Of a stretch of DNA of 64,000 bases, positions 49,700 through 60,445 are shown piece after piece (positions within the stretch are counted from its first letter, which is position 1; the number at the start of each line of letters is the position of its first letter). The notes below the pieces were generated by a model. That model saw nothing but the letters and a program-made list of their open reading frames with translations. It made no database searches and was not told the DNA's origin. The DNA is from Candidatus Heimdallarchaeum endolithica (GTDB taxonomy: Archaea; Asgardarchaeota; Heimdallarchaeia; Heimdallarchaeales; Heimdallarchaeaceae). The stretch covers positions 1,568,001-1,632,000 of the forward strand of contig CP084167.1 in the NCBI GenBank assembly GCA_021513715.1. Reading direction: 5' to 3'. Made by a program: the position numbers and the translations under genes.

Positions 49700-50701
49700 A
49701 TGGGTGCAACAAAGAGTAAAAAAAAGAGCACTAAAGAGATTGATATTAAAGATATTTCAATTAAAGTTCAAGAAATAAAAAAAGAAATTGCTAAAGTAAT
49801 TGTAGGACAAGAAAAAGTTATTGATGCTCTAATTACTGCCGTGCTAGCAGATGGACATGTTTTATTAGAAGGGGTCCCTGGAATTGCGAAAACATTAATG
49901 GTAAGAGCCCTTTCTAAAGCTATTTCTTCAGAATTTAAAAGAATTCAATTTACTCCAGATTTAATGCCATCAGATGTTACTGGAGTTATGGCTTATCGTC
50001 CTGAAACAGGTGAATTTTATTTCAAACAAGGACCTGTTTTCACGAATATTTTACTTGCAGATGAAATAAATAGAGCTCCTCCTAAAACTCAAGCTGCAAT
50101 GTTAGAGTCTATGCAAGAAAAACAAGTTTCTGTAGAGAAACATACTTATTCACTTCCAGAACCATTTTTAACCTTTGCTACACAGAATCCACTTGAGCAA
50201 GAAGGAACATATCCTCTTCCAGAAGCTCAAATAGATAGATTTGCCTTTAAGCTTCTAGTCAACTATCCTGATGAAGAGGAAGAAATTCAAATTGTTAATA
50301 GATTCACAGGTGAATATGATTCTTATGATAAATTAGAAGATGTAAAACCTGTACTAAATGCAGAAGAGATAATTGAATTTCAAAAATATATTAGAAAAAA
50401 TATCTCAATTTCTGAAGAATTATCTAAATACATAGTAAGAGTTGTTAGCCTAACCAGAGAAAGTGAAGAAGTTGCAATTGGTGCAAGCCCAAGAGCGAGT
50501 TTATGGTTGACAATCTCTGCAAAGGCTTCTGCTGCTATGGAAGGAAGAAAATTTGTTAAACCAGAGGACATTCAAAAAGTTGCAGTAAATGTTCTCAGAC
50601 ATAGAGTAATAATCAAGCCAGAATATGAATTTGATGGAACTACATCAGAGATGATTATTGATAGAATAATAAAACATACTCCAGCACCTGTGGTAAAATA
50701 A
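49700..50701 (+). CDS. moxR: MoxR family AAA+ ATPase
   Basis: GVPGIAKT, RIQFTPDLMPSD, LADEINRA, ATQNP.EQEGTY.LPEAQ.DRF. Confidence 0.95.
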   Translation: MGATKSKKKSTKEIDIKDISIKVQEIKKEIAKVIVGQEKVIDALITAVLADGHVLLEGVPGIAKTLMVRALSKAISSEFKRIQFTPDLMPSDVTGVMAYRPETGEFYFKQGPVFTNILLADEINRAPPKTQAAMLESMQEKQVSVEKHTYSLPEPFLTFATQNPLEQEGTYPLPEAQIDRFAFKLLVNYPDEEEEIQIVNRFTGEYDSYDKLEDVKPVLNAEEIIEFQKYIRKNISISEELSKYIVRVVSLTRESEEVAIGASPRASLWLTISAKASAAMEGRKFVKPEDIQKVAVNVLRHRVIIKPEYEFDGTTSEMIIDRIIKHTPAPVVK

Positions 50702-50715
50702 TAAAGGCGATTAAA

Positions 50716-52890
50716 TTGAAATCGATTAAATCGAGAATCTTCCTTTTGATACTAATTATGGAACTTGTACTTATAGGTGCACTAAGTGTGACAAAAGTAA
50801 CATCATCTAATCATCAAAACATTGTTCAAGCAGAAGAAGGAGATTTGACAGTAACAATACGCAGAGAACAATCTTACTATAAAAACAACACAGAATTAAC
50901 CAGAGGATACATTTATTGGGCAGACTTGAAAGGAGGAACTTTGATTCTTTATGGAAATACTTCTTCATCAGAAATGTTCTCTTACGCATTTTGGGATTCT
51001 GTAGGAAACTATTCGAGCGACAGATTAACTTTCTATCCAGATAGAATAGAGATTCAGATTAGGACAACAGAATTATATTACCAGATATATGGTGTTTATC
51101 ACCCAGATTACTTTATCGACACTAATTTCATTGTAATCTTTGATACATTTTGGGCTCAGTTTAGTTATATTACTCCAGAAGGAGAAGAAAGGTATGCTCC
51201 TGTAAATTATTATAATAAACAAGTACTTCCTGAAGGAGCAGGATTAGTAAGCTATGCTCCTACTGATGGAGCTTTAATTGAGAAAGTAGGAGAAGAAACA
51301 TATGCAATTGTATGGGAATACAAAGAAAGGATGATGGATCCATTTCACGAACCCTTCCCTTATGAAATAACTTATTCATTTGATCCCATTTATTTAGCTT
51401 TTACAGAGCAAATGTTTCAGAACCAACAAGAAAGGCAAAAGAATGAAAATGAAAAAAATTTATTAGACATGCTTAAAACCTATTTTAAATTAATCGCATT
51501 TCTTGCAGTTATTCTGAGTATTATTGCTGCAATATTTGGTTATTTGCGAGCTCGACATAAATTCAAATCAAAGTTACAAGAAGCTATTAACCTTCCCAAA
51601 AGAATGTTAAAAGACATCGAGAAGGAAGTTGAACCTTCAAAACGAGTGTCTTCCATGTTTAGTGCTGGGTTCTTTTTGTTATTATTGCTGATGCCAATTA
51701 TCACTTCATCGTCTCCGGAGATACAGACAGTTGAACCGTCATTGATAAGTAATAGCACTCAAATTGGCTTATCTGGTTTTAATTCTTCACTTAAACAAGA
51801 AGATCGAGATATCCAGTATAATGCTATCATTGATTTAGGAAAAACAGGAATATCGTTTGAAACAGTAATAATGGAACTTCCTTATACAGTGGAAAATTTC
51901 AGCATCTGGGTAAACACTGAAAATGTAATAGAATTTAATGCTTACGACAGTTCTGGTTTACCCATGTCATACCAAGAATTTTCTGATCATTATTTGATAC
52001 ACAATATAAAAGGATACATTAGATATGAGATTATACAACCTTATCAATATTATAATAATAGCAACATTTTAGTGTATATAGATTACTTTTGGCTTAATTT
52101 CTTTGATTATGATATAGGTAATTATTCCAAAGCAGATATTCAATATACCCTTATTCTCCCTGAAGATTCTATATTATATAGTGCTTCTCCAGAAACAATT
52201 CTCACTCTTGGAAAAACACCAGAAGGAAGAAGAAAAGTTACTTTTACAGATTATAATCGCCAAATTGACCCTTATCACGATCTATTTTCATGTCAAGTCA
52301 CGTATTCGTTTATTGATGTTTTAGACGCCATAGAAAATGAATCAGCCCGTTTTGAACACTTCAGAGTAGAAACAAAACTCACTCAAGAGCAAATAAATAC
52401 TCTTACAAAAAACATAATGTTTCTTGCTTTAATAGCTATAGTTGCACCCATACTTGCTTTCTTACTCTCATACTATATAATGAGAAATCGAATGATGAAA
52501 AAAATAAAAGAAGAAGAGCAAAAACATGAACTTCTAATTTCAGTAGAAGAATTACAAATTAAAGCTCTTAATGAAAGTGCAAAAATTGATTTGAATAATG
52601 ACCCATGGAAACCGATGTTAGGAGGATACTGGGAATTATTAGCTTATCTTAGTAGATATACTCCTGTAAACTTGTTGTCTTTAGATGATTCCATGCATGA
52701 AAAAATTCTCTCAAAGTATATTCCTAAGCACTTACGTCAAGAAATTTTTGAACTATTATCCACAGGACGAGCGATTTCTTCATCAATAAAAAAAGCAGAA
52801 ACAATTTATTTCACAAAAAGTCAAGCTAGAGATTATTTAGAAGCCATCATGAAAGCAATTGAAAAAATGGAAAAAGAAAGGAAAGGATAA
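50716..52890 (+). CDS. Membrane protein with two repeated extracellular beta-domain/TM modules
   Basis: Internal repeat LPE...(S/Y)..P...DP(F/Y)H..F...+TYSF, each followed by a coiled coil and a TM. Confidence 0.7.
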   Translation: MKSIKSRIFLLILIMELVLIGALSVTKVTSSNHQNIVQAEEGDLTVTIRREQSYYKNNTELTRGYIYWADLKGGTLILYGNTSSSEMFSYAFWDSVGNYSSDRLTFYPDRIEIQIRTTELYYQIYGVYHPDYFIDTNFIVIFDTFWAQFSYITPEGEERYAPVNYYNKQVLPEGAGLVSYAPTDGALIEKVGEETYAIVWEYKERMMDPFHEPFPYEITYSFDPIYLAFTEQMFQNQQERQKNENEKNLLDMLKTYFKLIAFLAVILSIIAAIFGYLRARHKFKSKLQEAINLPKRMLKDIEKEVEPSKRVSSMFSAGFFLLLLLMPIITSSSPEIQTVEPSLISNSTQIGLSGFNSSLKQEDRDIQYNAIIDLGKTGISFETVIMELPYTVENFSIWVNTENVIEFNAYDSSGLPMSYQEFSDHYLIHNIKGYIRYEIIQPYQYYNNSNILVYIDYFWLNFFDYDIGNYSKADIQYTLILPEDSILYSASPETILTLGKTPEGRRKVTFTDYNRQIDPYHDLFSCQVTYSFIDVLDAIENESARFEHFRVETKLTQEQINTLTKNIMFLALIAIVAPILAFLLSYYIMRNRMMKKIKEEEQKHELLISVEELQIKALNESAKIDLNNDPWKPMLGGYWELLAYLSRYTPVNLLSLDDSMHEKILSKYIPKHLRQEIFELLSTGRAISSSIKKAETIYFTKSQARDYLEAIMKAIEKMEKERKG

Positions 52891-52892
52891 AA

Positions 52893-53573
52893 ATGAAACA
52901 AATAACTAAATTCGTTATATTTTCAATATTTGCTAGTTTAATAATATTTCAGTTCAACAATGTTAATGCTAAAGAAACAGTGTTTACTGCCACAGAAATC
53001 ATAGACATAAATGAAACTACTCAGATAACAGTTTCCATGGCTGCCCCACTAACTTGGGAAATAAATACAGGAATCAACATTTCTGTGAGCATAAAACTTT
53101 CTCAAATTGCTCAAAATGACAGTTTATTTATTACTTACATAAAAACAGAATATAATATACCAGGAAAGCAATTTCCTGAAAATCAACAGATTAGTATTAT
53201 TGAGGATAATCTAACATATATTGGTGAAGAATTCAACATTAACCAAACTCGCTATGCTCCTGAGAATACTGACGAATTTAACATCACACTATCAATCCTT
53301 GCTCAAACAGTTAATATGACTAACACAGAAGAGTTTTCCATGGATTTTCCAGGAAAAGGTGAAGATAATATCATTATTAAGAAAAATCTCGTAATTCCTG
53401 TAATTAATCTACCAGGATTTCCCAACATTGAAACGTTTAGTAGATGGATCATTATTTTTATCGTGATTCAACTAATTATTATGTCCCCTGCTATCCTTGT
53501 TTTATATTTCAAGATAAGCAAACAAAAAACCCGGAGCCAACGAAAGAAAAAAAGGAGAGGAGAAAATGAGTAA
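52893..53573 (+). CDS. Secreted, C-terminally anchored protein
   Basis: Signal peptide, many NxT/S sequons, TM and basic tail. Confidence 0.7.
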   Translation: MKQITKFVIFSIFASLIIFQFNNVNAKETVFTATEIIDINETTQITVSMAAPLTWEINTGINISVSIKLSQIAQNDSLFITYIKTEYNIPGKQFPENQQISIIEDNLTYIGEEFNINQTRYAPENTDEFNITLSILAQTVNMTNTEEFSMDFPGKGEDNIIIKKNLVIPVINLPGFPNIETFSRWIIIFIVIQLIIMSPAILVLYFKISKQKTRSQRKKKRRGENE

Positions 53574-55164
53574 GACTGAAACCAAACAACAAAGTCCCTT
53601 AGAAAGAGGAGTAAGGAAAATAGATGTTCTAATGCGTTCATTTGGAATGCGTACCAGAATGTTCAAAGGAAAGACACGAGGAATAGTAAAAGGAACAAGA
53701 AAAGTTTACCCACACGAAGTTAATGCAACAATTGTAGAAACTGCGAGAGGAGTGGGTATCAAGATAAAAATGGAAAAATTGTGGTATTCATTTCTAAAAG
53801 GAATTCCTTTTCTATTTCTAATAATACTTTCTCTAATTCAATTAATTACACCGAAAATCGGAGATAATATGGCAGAAAATGTCGGTTTTAATTTGTTTGC
53901 ACTTTTTCTTGGAACAGAAACTAAATCTATTGGATTGTTGATTACACTTTTTATTATTGGAGGAATTTTTATTGTTAGTGAAATAATAGAGAGGACAATT
54001 AGGTTAAGATATCTCCAAGACAGAATGCCTAGATTTTTGAGTGGAGCTGAATGGACAACTGCTGATTCTCCATTACTATTAGATATCATAAGCTCCACCA
54101 ACAATATTTTGTGGATAGCATATCTTATATTAGTAATAGTTTTTGCACCGTTTTCTTTTTCATCAGAAATAATTGAAAAATTTGTTACAGTATACCAAAC
54201 TAGTTTAGCTAATTTACTGGAAGGTACAATGTTTGTTTCACTATTAGATGTGTCCATAATATCAAGTATGTTATTTACTATATTGTTGCTAAATTATAAA
54301 TCATTTAGGGAAGAGATAGATTCAAAACAAAGGGCAAGTAGAGTAAAAGTAGATTACACTACAACACAACTTTTAGAAGTTGTCTTTGGTTCAATTACAC
54401 TTATCACATTTGAAATAGTTCTATTTTCATTTATGTTTTGGACTGATCTTACATTAATCCAAATTATAATGACTTATTGTGTTACTGTATCTTCTAGCAT
54501 TCTAAGTGTATGGCTTTATTGGCAAAAAGAGAACTATATTTTCATATTTCTTGAGATATGGCTTTTCTTAAGCATAGTAGTCATGGTTTTCAGTAATGCA
54601 AACAACCCTAAATTTTCCTGGATGATAATTTGCCATCTTTTCCTAATTCTGACAGTTTTAGGCTTGTATTTTAATCAATTTATTAAATCTTATTTAGAAG
54701 AAAAAGGTATATATGAACCTAGTTGGATGTTTAATTCTTTCCCTATCTTTGCGATTATTGAAGTTCTTAAAAAAGCAAAAGTAAGAACTACAAAAGGAGT
54801 AGAAAAAGAATTAGAAGAGATAAGAACAGAAGAATTAACAGAAAAAATAAAAGAACGTTCACCTCTTATTATTCCTCTTGAAAAAATAACTAATAAAGGA
54901 AAAGATGCAAAAAAGATAATCAATACATATCAAAAAATTATCGACCACATAACAAAGAAAGATGTAAACATTATTACTTTATCTGTAATCAATGAAGAAA
55001 TTTTAGCGCTAATACAAGATGAGGAAAAACTAAGGAAAAAAGTACAAAACTTATTCCAAATTATTGATCATCTTCTTTGGGACGAAAACTATATCCTGAA
55101 AGATGGAAGCAAATATATTGAGATAGCAGAACAACTCTACAGCGCAATCTTGAAGGCAAGGTGA
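53566..55164 (+). CDS. Polytopic membrane protein
   Basis: About 8 TM segments; translationally coupled to its neighbours. Confidence 0.7.
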   Translation: MSKTETKQQSPLERGVRKIDVLMRSFGMRTRMFKGKTRGIVKGTRKVYPHEVNATIVETARGVGIKIKMEKLWYSFLKGIPFLFLIILSLIQLITPKIGDNMAENVGFNLFALFLGTETKSIGLLITLFIIGGIFIVSEIIERTIRLRYLQDRMPRFLSGAEWTTADSPLLLDIISSTNNILWIAYLILVIVFAPFSFSSEIIEKFVTVYQTSLANLLEGTMFVSLLDVSIISSMLFTILLLNYKSFREEIDSKQRASRVKVDYTTTQLLEVVFGSITLITFEIVLFSFMFWTDLTLIQIIMTYCVTVSSSILSVWLYWQKENYIFIFLEIWLFLSIVVMVFSNANNPKFSWMIICHLFLILTVLGLYFNQFIKSYLEEKGIYEPSWMFNSFPIFAIIEVLKKAKVRTTKGVEKELEEIRTEELTEKIKERSPLIIPLEKITNKGKDAKKIINTYQKIIDHITKKDVNIITLSVINEEILALIQDEEKLRKKVQNLFQIIDHLLWDENYILKDGSKYIEIAEQLYSAILKAR

Positions 55165-55168
55165 TTTA

Positions 55169-56110
55169 ATGTCTAATCCATCCAAAGAAGGAGAGAAAAC
55201 GTTACCAAAAGATAAAATGAGGATTCCCATAAAAAAACTGAAAAAACTAGAAATTTTAGCAAAAGAACGTTCAACAAGTTTTCTACAAGGGCATCGAAGA
55301 TCGATTTTTAGAGGACCAGGAACAGAATATGCAGATTTAAGAGAATATGTTGAGGGGGATGACCTCAGATTTGTCGATTGGAATGCATCGTCACGTATTC
55401 CTTTTAAACTAATTGTAAGAGATTATGAACAAGAGAGAAATACAAACGTAGTATTGATGCTTGATATCAGTCATTCGATGTTACTAGGTGATCCAGTACC
55501 AAGAATCAAACTTGCAGTTGAAGCAAGTGCTACATTAGCTTATACAGTACTAATAAATCGAGATTTATTTGGTTGGGCTAGTTTCTCAGATAAACTACAT
55601 AATTATATTCCCCCCCGTGGTGGAAAGTTGCATTTTTACCATATAATTCATGAAATGCTTAAGATTGCTCCACATGGTAAAACTAATATCGGTGACGCTA
55701 TTCGTGAAGTGGCTTTATCTTTAAAGAGAAGATCAATAATTATTTTGCTCACTGACCTACATGGAAATTTAGAAAGTGCCATGAATGGTTTTAAAGTTGC
55801 AAAATTAAAGAAACATGAGATTAAAGTGATTCATACTGTTGATCCAGAGGAATTTCTTTTTCCAAAGAACCCTAGACAAGTAAAATACCTTGACCCTGAA
55901 ACAAATCAAATGAAAGTAGTTAACTTTAGTAATTTACTTGAGAGAGGAAAATATAATTATGAAATTGGTTTAAAAATCAAGGAGATTAATAATTTTAAGA
56001 GAAATGTAAGAGGATTAAACATTGATGTAGTTACTGCATCAACAACAATGTTAACTGAGAGATTATTGTTGACATACTTTGGATCAAAAAGAGGGAGGGC
56101 ATTAAAATGA
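55169..56110 (+). CDS. DUF58 (vWA-like) protein
   Basis: LREYVEGDDLRFVDWNASSR, DISHSM MIDAS-like motif, LTD. Confidence 0.92.
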   Translation: MSNPSKEGEKTLPKDKMRIPIKKLKKLEILAKERSTSFLQGHRRSIFRGPGTEYADLREYVEGDDLRFVDWNASSRIPFKLIVRDYEQERNTNVVLMLDISHSMLLGDPVPRIKLAVEASATLAYTVLINRDLFGWASFSDKLHNYIPPRGGKLHFYHIIHEMLKIAPHGKTNIGDAIREVALSLKRRSIIILLTDLHGNLESAMNGFKVAKLKKHEIKVIHTVDPEEFLFPKNPRQVKYLDPETNQMKVVNFSNLLERGKYNYEIGLKIKEINNFKRNVRGLNIDVVTASTTMLTERLLLTYFGSKRGRALK

Positions 56111-57978
56111 GAAAAAACTTAATATCAGTTTCTTTAATGTATCTCGTTATAATAAGCACATTTAGCTTTGTTATAACTTCTGATTTCAAAATCGTTTCTG
56201 CTGGGAGTAGCAGCTCTGGAGACATTCCTCCTCCAAGTGGTCAAGGAGGAGAGGATACTAGCGCCGGAGGTGCTGCAGGAGGCTTATATCTCAATTATCG
56301 TATTCCATTAATATTTAAGAAAGGAGATTTTGCACCAACATTTATTGCAATTACGGCCTTACCAATATTTCAAAATGAAACTATAGTAATTTTTGGCTAT
56401 AACTCTTCATTATATAAGAATAATCAAGCTATTATCAAAGGAAACGAAACGCTTATCATTGATCCTCGGGATGAACCAGAATTAACAAATGGTTCATTGA
56501 TACAATCTTTTTCTCCATTACAGATAACTGTTTTTCATCCAAATACAAATAATAAAAGCGATAATTCATTTTCTTATTCAGTATTAGTTATGCAAAATTG
56601 GGGAAAGAAGTATCTTTCTTCTTTTTCAGATATGAGAGCGATCATAGTTTCAGGGTTTAACAGCACAAAACTAACTATTAATAATAATGGAATAATACAA
56701 TATGAAACCATTGATCTGATTGGACAAATACTAGATATTTCTGTTTCTAAAGGAACCATTATAGAAGCGAATGGACCAATAGGAGTGGTTTTTTACTCGT
56801 TAACAGAGAGCCAAGGTTCTTTCGCTTATACAGGAGTCCCATATTACATGTGGGGAAAAGAGTATTTTTCACTCCCTCCACCAAGAGAAACACATGATTC
56901 CTTAATTGAAGATAACTCAACATTAGTTCTTGGAAATATAAACGAAGGAGGAACTGTGATTTTTGAAACCTCTGAAGAAGAGTCTGACATTTTAAATTTA
57001 GAAGTGAATCAAACAATTACATTAGAAAAACAAAATTTGGACACAAATGATTATTATACGCGTTTTCTTTCTGCTGCTGTAAACTATTCTGTCACTACAC
57101 TGTATTCTCATACTATAAACGGGACTATACACAAATCAGCATTCCAATATATTGCCACGGAAAAGATGAAATGGGCAGAATGGTTTTATAATAACAAGAT
57201 ATCAGACAACCTAAAAATCTCTTCTGTTTCTTTGGATGATTCAAACATCATTCTTCCAATAGTATTATTTGAAGGGCAATTGTTGATTGATCTCGAAAAT
57301 TATTCTTCTGTTGATAGGGGAGATTATTATTCATATAAACAAGGAACAAGCTATGGTGTCATTTCAGCTAATGGTTCTTTGTTTGTTTCACAGATTGTAT
57401 CAGATGAAGAAAAATTATTAGAAAATAGTCTTTCTCATTTACTTTTTCCAATGAATCTTTACTCTTTTGTTGATAACACAAGTTCCTCTTTTCCGAGTTG
57501 GTATCATTTTCCAAATATAAATGTAAAAGAAGTAAATGTCTATCCTGAAAAGCCAACAGAATTAAGAAAAATTAAACTTGAAATTGTTATTCAAAATAAT
57601 GGTACCATTCCCTCTGCTCCATTTTGGGTTAGCATATTTAGAAACAATACTGTAAAGATTCACAAAAAAATAGAAGGATTAGACATTAATGAAACTTTTA
57701 GTATTCCTTTTGAGGAATTTCAAGGATTCGGACTTAAAACATTAAATATATCTATCTACACGGACTCTTTAAGTCAAATATTTGAATTAATAGAATTTGA
57801 TAATGCATATGAACTTATGATTAAAATTAATCGTAATTGGAATATAATCTATGTTGGAATTGCAGTTTCTGTATTAGTAATAGGTTATCTTTCTTATTTT
57901 GTAATAAGAAAATTTGTTGCCAAATATAAGGAAAACAAGAGAAAATTCGATATTATTCTAAGTGAAGTAGAGGTCTAG
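56107..57978 (+). CDS. Cell-surface protein with CARDB-like domain (possibly IgGFc-binding-like N-terminus)
   Basis: Signal peptide, two WGKxY motifs, IQNNGT...D....I.E..E.DN, C-terminal TM. Confidence 0.7.
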   Translation: MRKNLISVSLMYLVIISTFSFVITSDFKIVSAGSSSSGDIPPPSGQGGEDTSAGGAAGGLYLNYRIPLIFKKGDFAPTFIAITALPIFQNETIVIFGYNSSLYKNNQAIIKGNETLIIDPRDEPELTNGSLIQSFSPLQITVFHPNTNNKSDNSFSYSVLVMQNWGKKYLSSFSDMRAIIVSGFNSTKLTINNNGIIQYETIDLIGQILDISVSKGTIIEANGPIGVVFYSLTESQGSFAYTGVPYYMWGKEYFSLPPPRETHDSLIEDNSTLVLGNINEGGTVIFETSEEESDILNLEVNQTITLEKQNLDTNDYYTRFLSAAVNYSVTTLYSHTINGTIHKSAFQYIATEKMKWAEWFYNNKISDNLKISSVSLDDSNIILPIVLFEGQLLIDLENYSSVDRGDYYSYKQGTSYGVISANGSLFVSQIVSDEEKLLENSLSHLLFPMNLYSFVDNTSSSFPSWYHFPNINVKEVNVYPEKPTELRKIKLEIVIQNNGTIPSAPFWVSIFRNNTVKIHKKIEGLDINETFSIPFEEFQGFGLKTLNISIYTDSLSQIFELIEFDNAYELMIKINRNWNIIYVGIAVSVLVIGYLSYFVIRKFVAKYKENKRKFDIILSEVEV

Positions 57979-57981
57979 TAA

Positions 57982-60366
57982 ATGAGCGAAACAGATGTAA
58001 AGCAAAAAGAAGAAGTAGAAGAAGTAGAGGAAGTAGAGGAATCATTCACTAAATTTAGTGTTATTCTTGGACGAGATCTAATCTTCTTAGATTGGACAGT
58101 AAATTTTGGTGGACAAATCTTAGGTTTAGTAGTTGGTTTATTATTAGGAGTAATTTTTGGAGCCAAGATGGGGACACTCTTTAACATAGATGTTCCTGTT
58201 GACATTAGTGCATATATTGCCCTACAAGTTGGAATACTTCTTAGTATCACTAGTTTAACAATTTATTATTTATCAAAGCTCGGCATTAAGGTTAACAGTC
58301 CAAAATCAATTGCAAGTAAGAAACTTCTTCTTCTAAAAACAATAATGTTTGCTTTTTCAGCTATCTTTGCTTTAAGTTATTTATTTAATAGTCATATTTT
58401 CCCATTTATATATGCAAATTATAGCTCTATAAAACCCCCAGAACCAGGACAAACAGGAACTGGAGATGGAGGTGAAGGAAATACAGTAGATATCCCTACA
58501 ACTAACCATTATATTGTTCTTATTGCATTGATCGTTCTTGTTGCAGCTTCATACGCTTTACTTTATGCAGGATTGTTTTACTCTTTTAACAAAAAAGCCA
58601 ACACGATGACAGGAGTTGCAATAATGGTTAGCACTATAATGGCAGCACTTACATTACTAAGCCAAAATCAAAGCGTCCAAAAACTAATTGATGGAGAAAT
58701 AATGGCTTTTCTTACAGATTTTGCATATTTCTTCTTAGTAGCTTTAATAGCCATTCTTTCATATCACATGTGTAAGAGAATAGAATTATCCTTAATTATA
58801 ATGTATATAGGTTTCATTTTTGGTTTTGGTGCCCCTTCAAATGCTGTTTCACAGATCATCGCTTTAAAATGGGGTTTTCCAAACTTTTCTGATGGAATTA
58901 ATTCTACTTCAGATGTTATTACAAGGACTCTTGAACTTATAGAGTATGTAAGTTTATTTGGAATTGTTGTTTACCCACTTATTTTTTACAAGGATACAAT
59001 ATCAGCATTAAAAGAATTGAAGAAGATGTATAGATTACCTTTCCTATTAATTAAATTTTTAGGGTTAATAATAATCACACCATTTAAGATAATATTCAAA
59101 CCAAAAATTTTAGTTCATTTTTATAATGGAGTTAAACAAATAGTAATTGATGAAGAAAAAAGAAATATCTCTTTCAAAAAATTAAAAACGAAATTAAGCG
59201 AGGAATTTAAGGCCATTACTTCCTCAGAAGGTTTTTCTGTCACTTTGTTTGCTGCTGTGCTTATCTTAATTGAAGTGACAATACTCTTTTTAGCGAATCT
59301 ACTGGGAATTTTCCTTTATTTCATCGCTTTTCTCATTTTAATAGGTATTGTAAATAGTATTATTACTTCAAAATACGGAGCTGCAAGTTATACAGCAATG
59401 TTTTCTGCATTAACAGAATCTTCTTTGAGTGTATCTCCTTTAGTTCCTGACATTAACGTACAAATTAAATTCTTAGAATATAAGAAAAAACAATTAGAAA
59501 AAACAAAAATTTCAGTTGGTACTTTAATTCCTGTATTTGCTTACTACATAATTGCTTACATTACTACAGCAATAACTAAAGATACGTCTCTATTGACAAT
59601 ACTTTTCTTAATGATACTTGTTCCTATCAGTCTTGCTTTAGCTTCTTTTTCAATAAGCTTCTTCTATGTTAAAAAACCACTAATTAAAGAGATTTACACC
59701 TATCCACTTCGATTTTTCTATTTTTTGGGATTGATAGTATACTTTTCGATTTCTGTTTATCGCTTAATATACAACCAAATTGGTCTTTTTCCAGCTTTTT
59801 CGCTTCTCTATCTTGTTTTAATCTATATCACTTTCTCAAAGAGATCTAAACTTTCTGAACTTATTTTATTTCTAGGAACAGAGAAAAGAGATAGAGCATT
59901 TAATGAACTTATATGTAAAAAAAATCTCAATATTGATGTTTTATTGCAAAATTTAGATGATACACCATCATATCTCAGCTTTTGGATAAGTGCAATTCTA
60001 ATTAAGAGAAACAAAAAAGAGGTTATTACTTACTTAAAAGATCTACTCAAACAAGACTATAAATATCAAAGAGTAATAGGAGCATTGTCTTTACTTTATT
60101 TAAACGAATATGATTTTTTAGAAGAACTTGTTAATTTACTAGAAAACGACCCCGACCCCTACTTACGAGAAGCAATAGCTTACGGATTAAGATATTGTAA
60201 AGATATGAAAATAGATATTTACAAGAGAATTATTGACGCACAACATTACGAAGATAATTCAAAAGTTTTAGTAAGGCTCAAGGAAACAATCTCCATCTTA
60301 GATAGATACTTTGCAAACAAAGAACGAAAAGAAGAAGAAATGGAAGAACTCGTAGAAGTAATATAA
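57982..60366 (+). CDS. Large polytopic membrane protein with C-terminal HEAT repeats
   Basis: More than 12 TM segments; LENDPDPYLREAIAYGL. Confidence 0.72.
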   Translation: MSETDVKQKEEVEEVEEVEESFTKFSVILGRDLIFLDWTVNFGGQILGLVVGLLLGVIFGAKMGTLFNIDVPVDISAYIALQVGILLSITSLTIYYLSKLGIKVNSPKSIASKKLLLLKTIMFAFSAIFALSYLFNSHIFPFIYANYSSIKPPEPGQTGTGDGGEGNTVDIPTTNHYIVLIALIVLVAASYALLYAGLFYSFNKKANTMTGVAIMVSTIMAALTLLSQNQSVQKLIDGEIMAFLTDFAYFFLVALIAILSYHMCKRIELSLIIMYIGFIFGFGAPSNAVSQIIALKWGFPNFSDGINSTSDVITRTLELIEYVSLFGIVVYPLIFYKDTISALKELKKMYRLPFLLIKFLGLIIITPFKIIFKPKILVHFYNGVKQIVIDEEKRNISFKKLKTKLSEEFKAITSSEGFSVTLFAAVLILIEVTILFLANLLGIFLYFIAFLILIGIVNSIITSKYGAASYTAMFSALTESSLSVSPLVPDINVQIKFLEYKKKQLEKTKISVGTLIPVFAYYIIAYITTAITKDTSLLTILFLMILVPISLALASFSISFFYVKKPLIKEIYTYPLRFFYFLGLIVYFSISVYRLIYNQIGLFPAFSLLYLVLIYITFSKRSKLSELILFLGTEKRDRAFNELICKKNLNIDVLLQNLDDTPSYLSFWISAILIKRNKKEVITYLKDLLKQDYKYQRVIGALSLLYLNEYDFLEELVNLLENDPDPYLREAIAYGLRYCKDMKIDIYKRIIDAQHYEDNSKVLVRLKETISILDRYFANKERKEEEMEELVEVI

Positions 60367-60445
60367 TAAAAAAAAATCTTATCACGAATATCTATCTGAT
60401 TACTGAGGCGAAAGATTTTATAAATTAAATGTCTTTATTTTTTTT

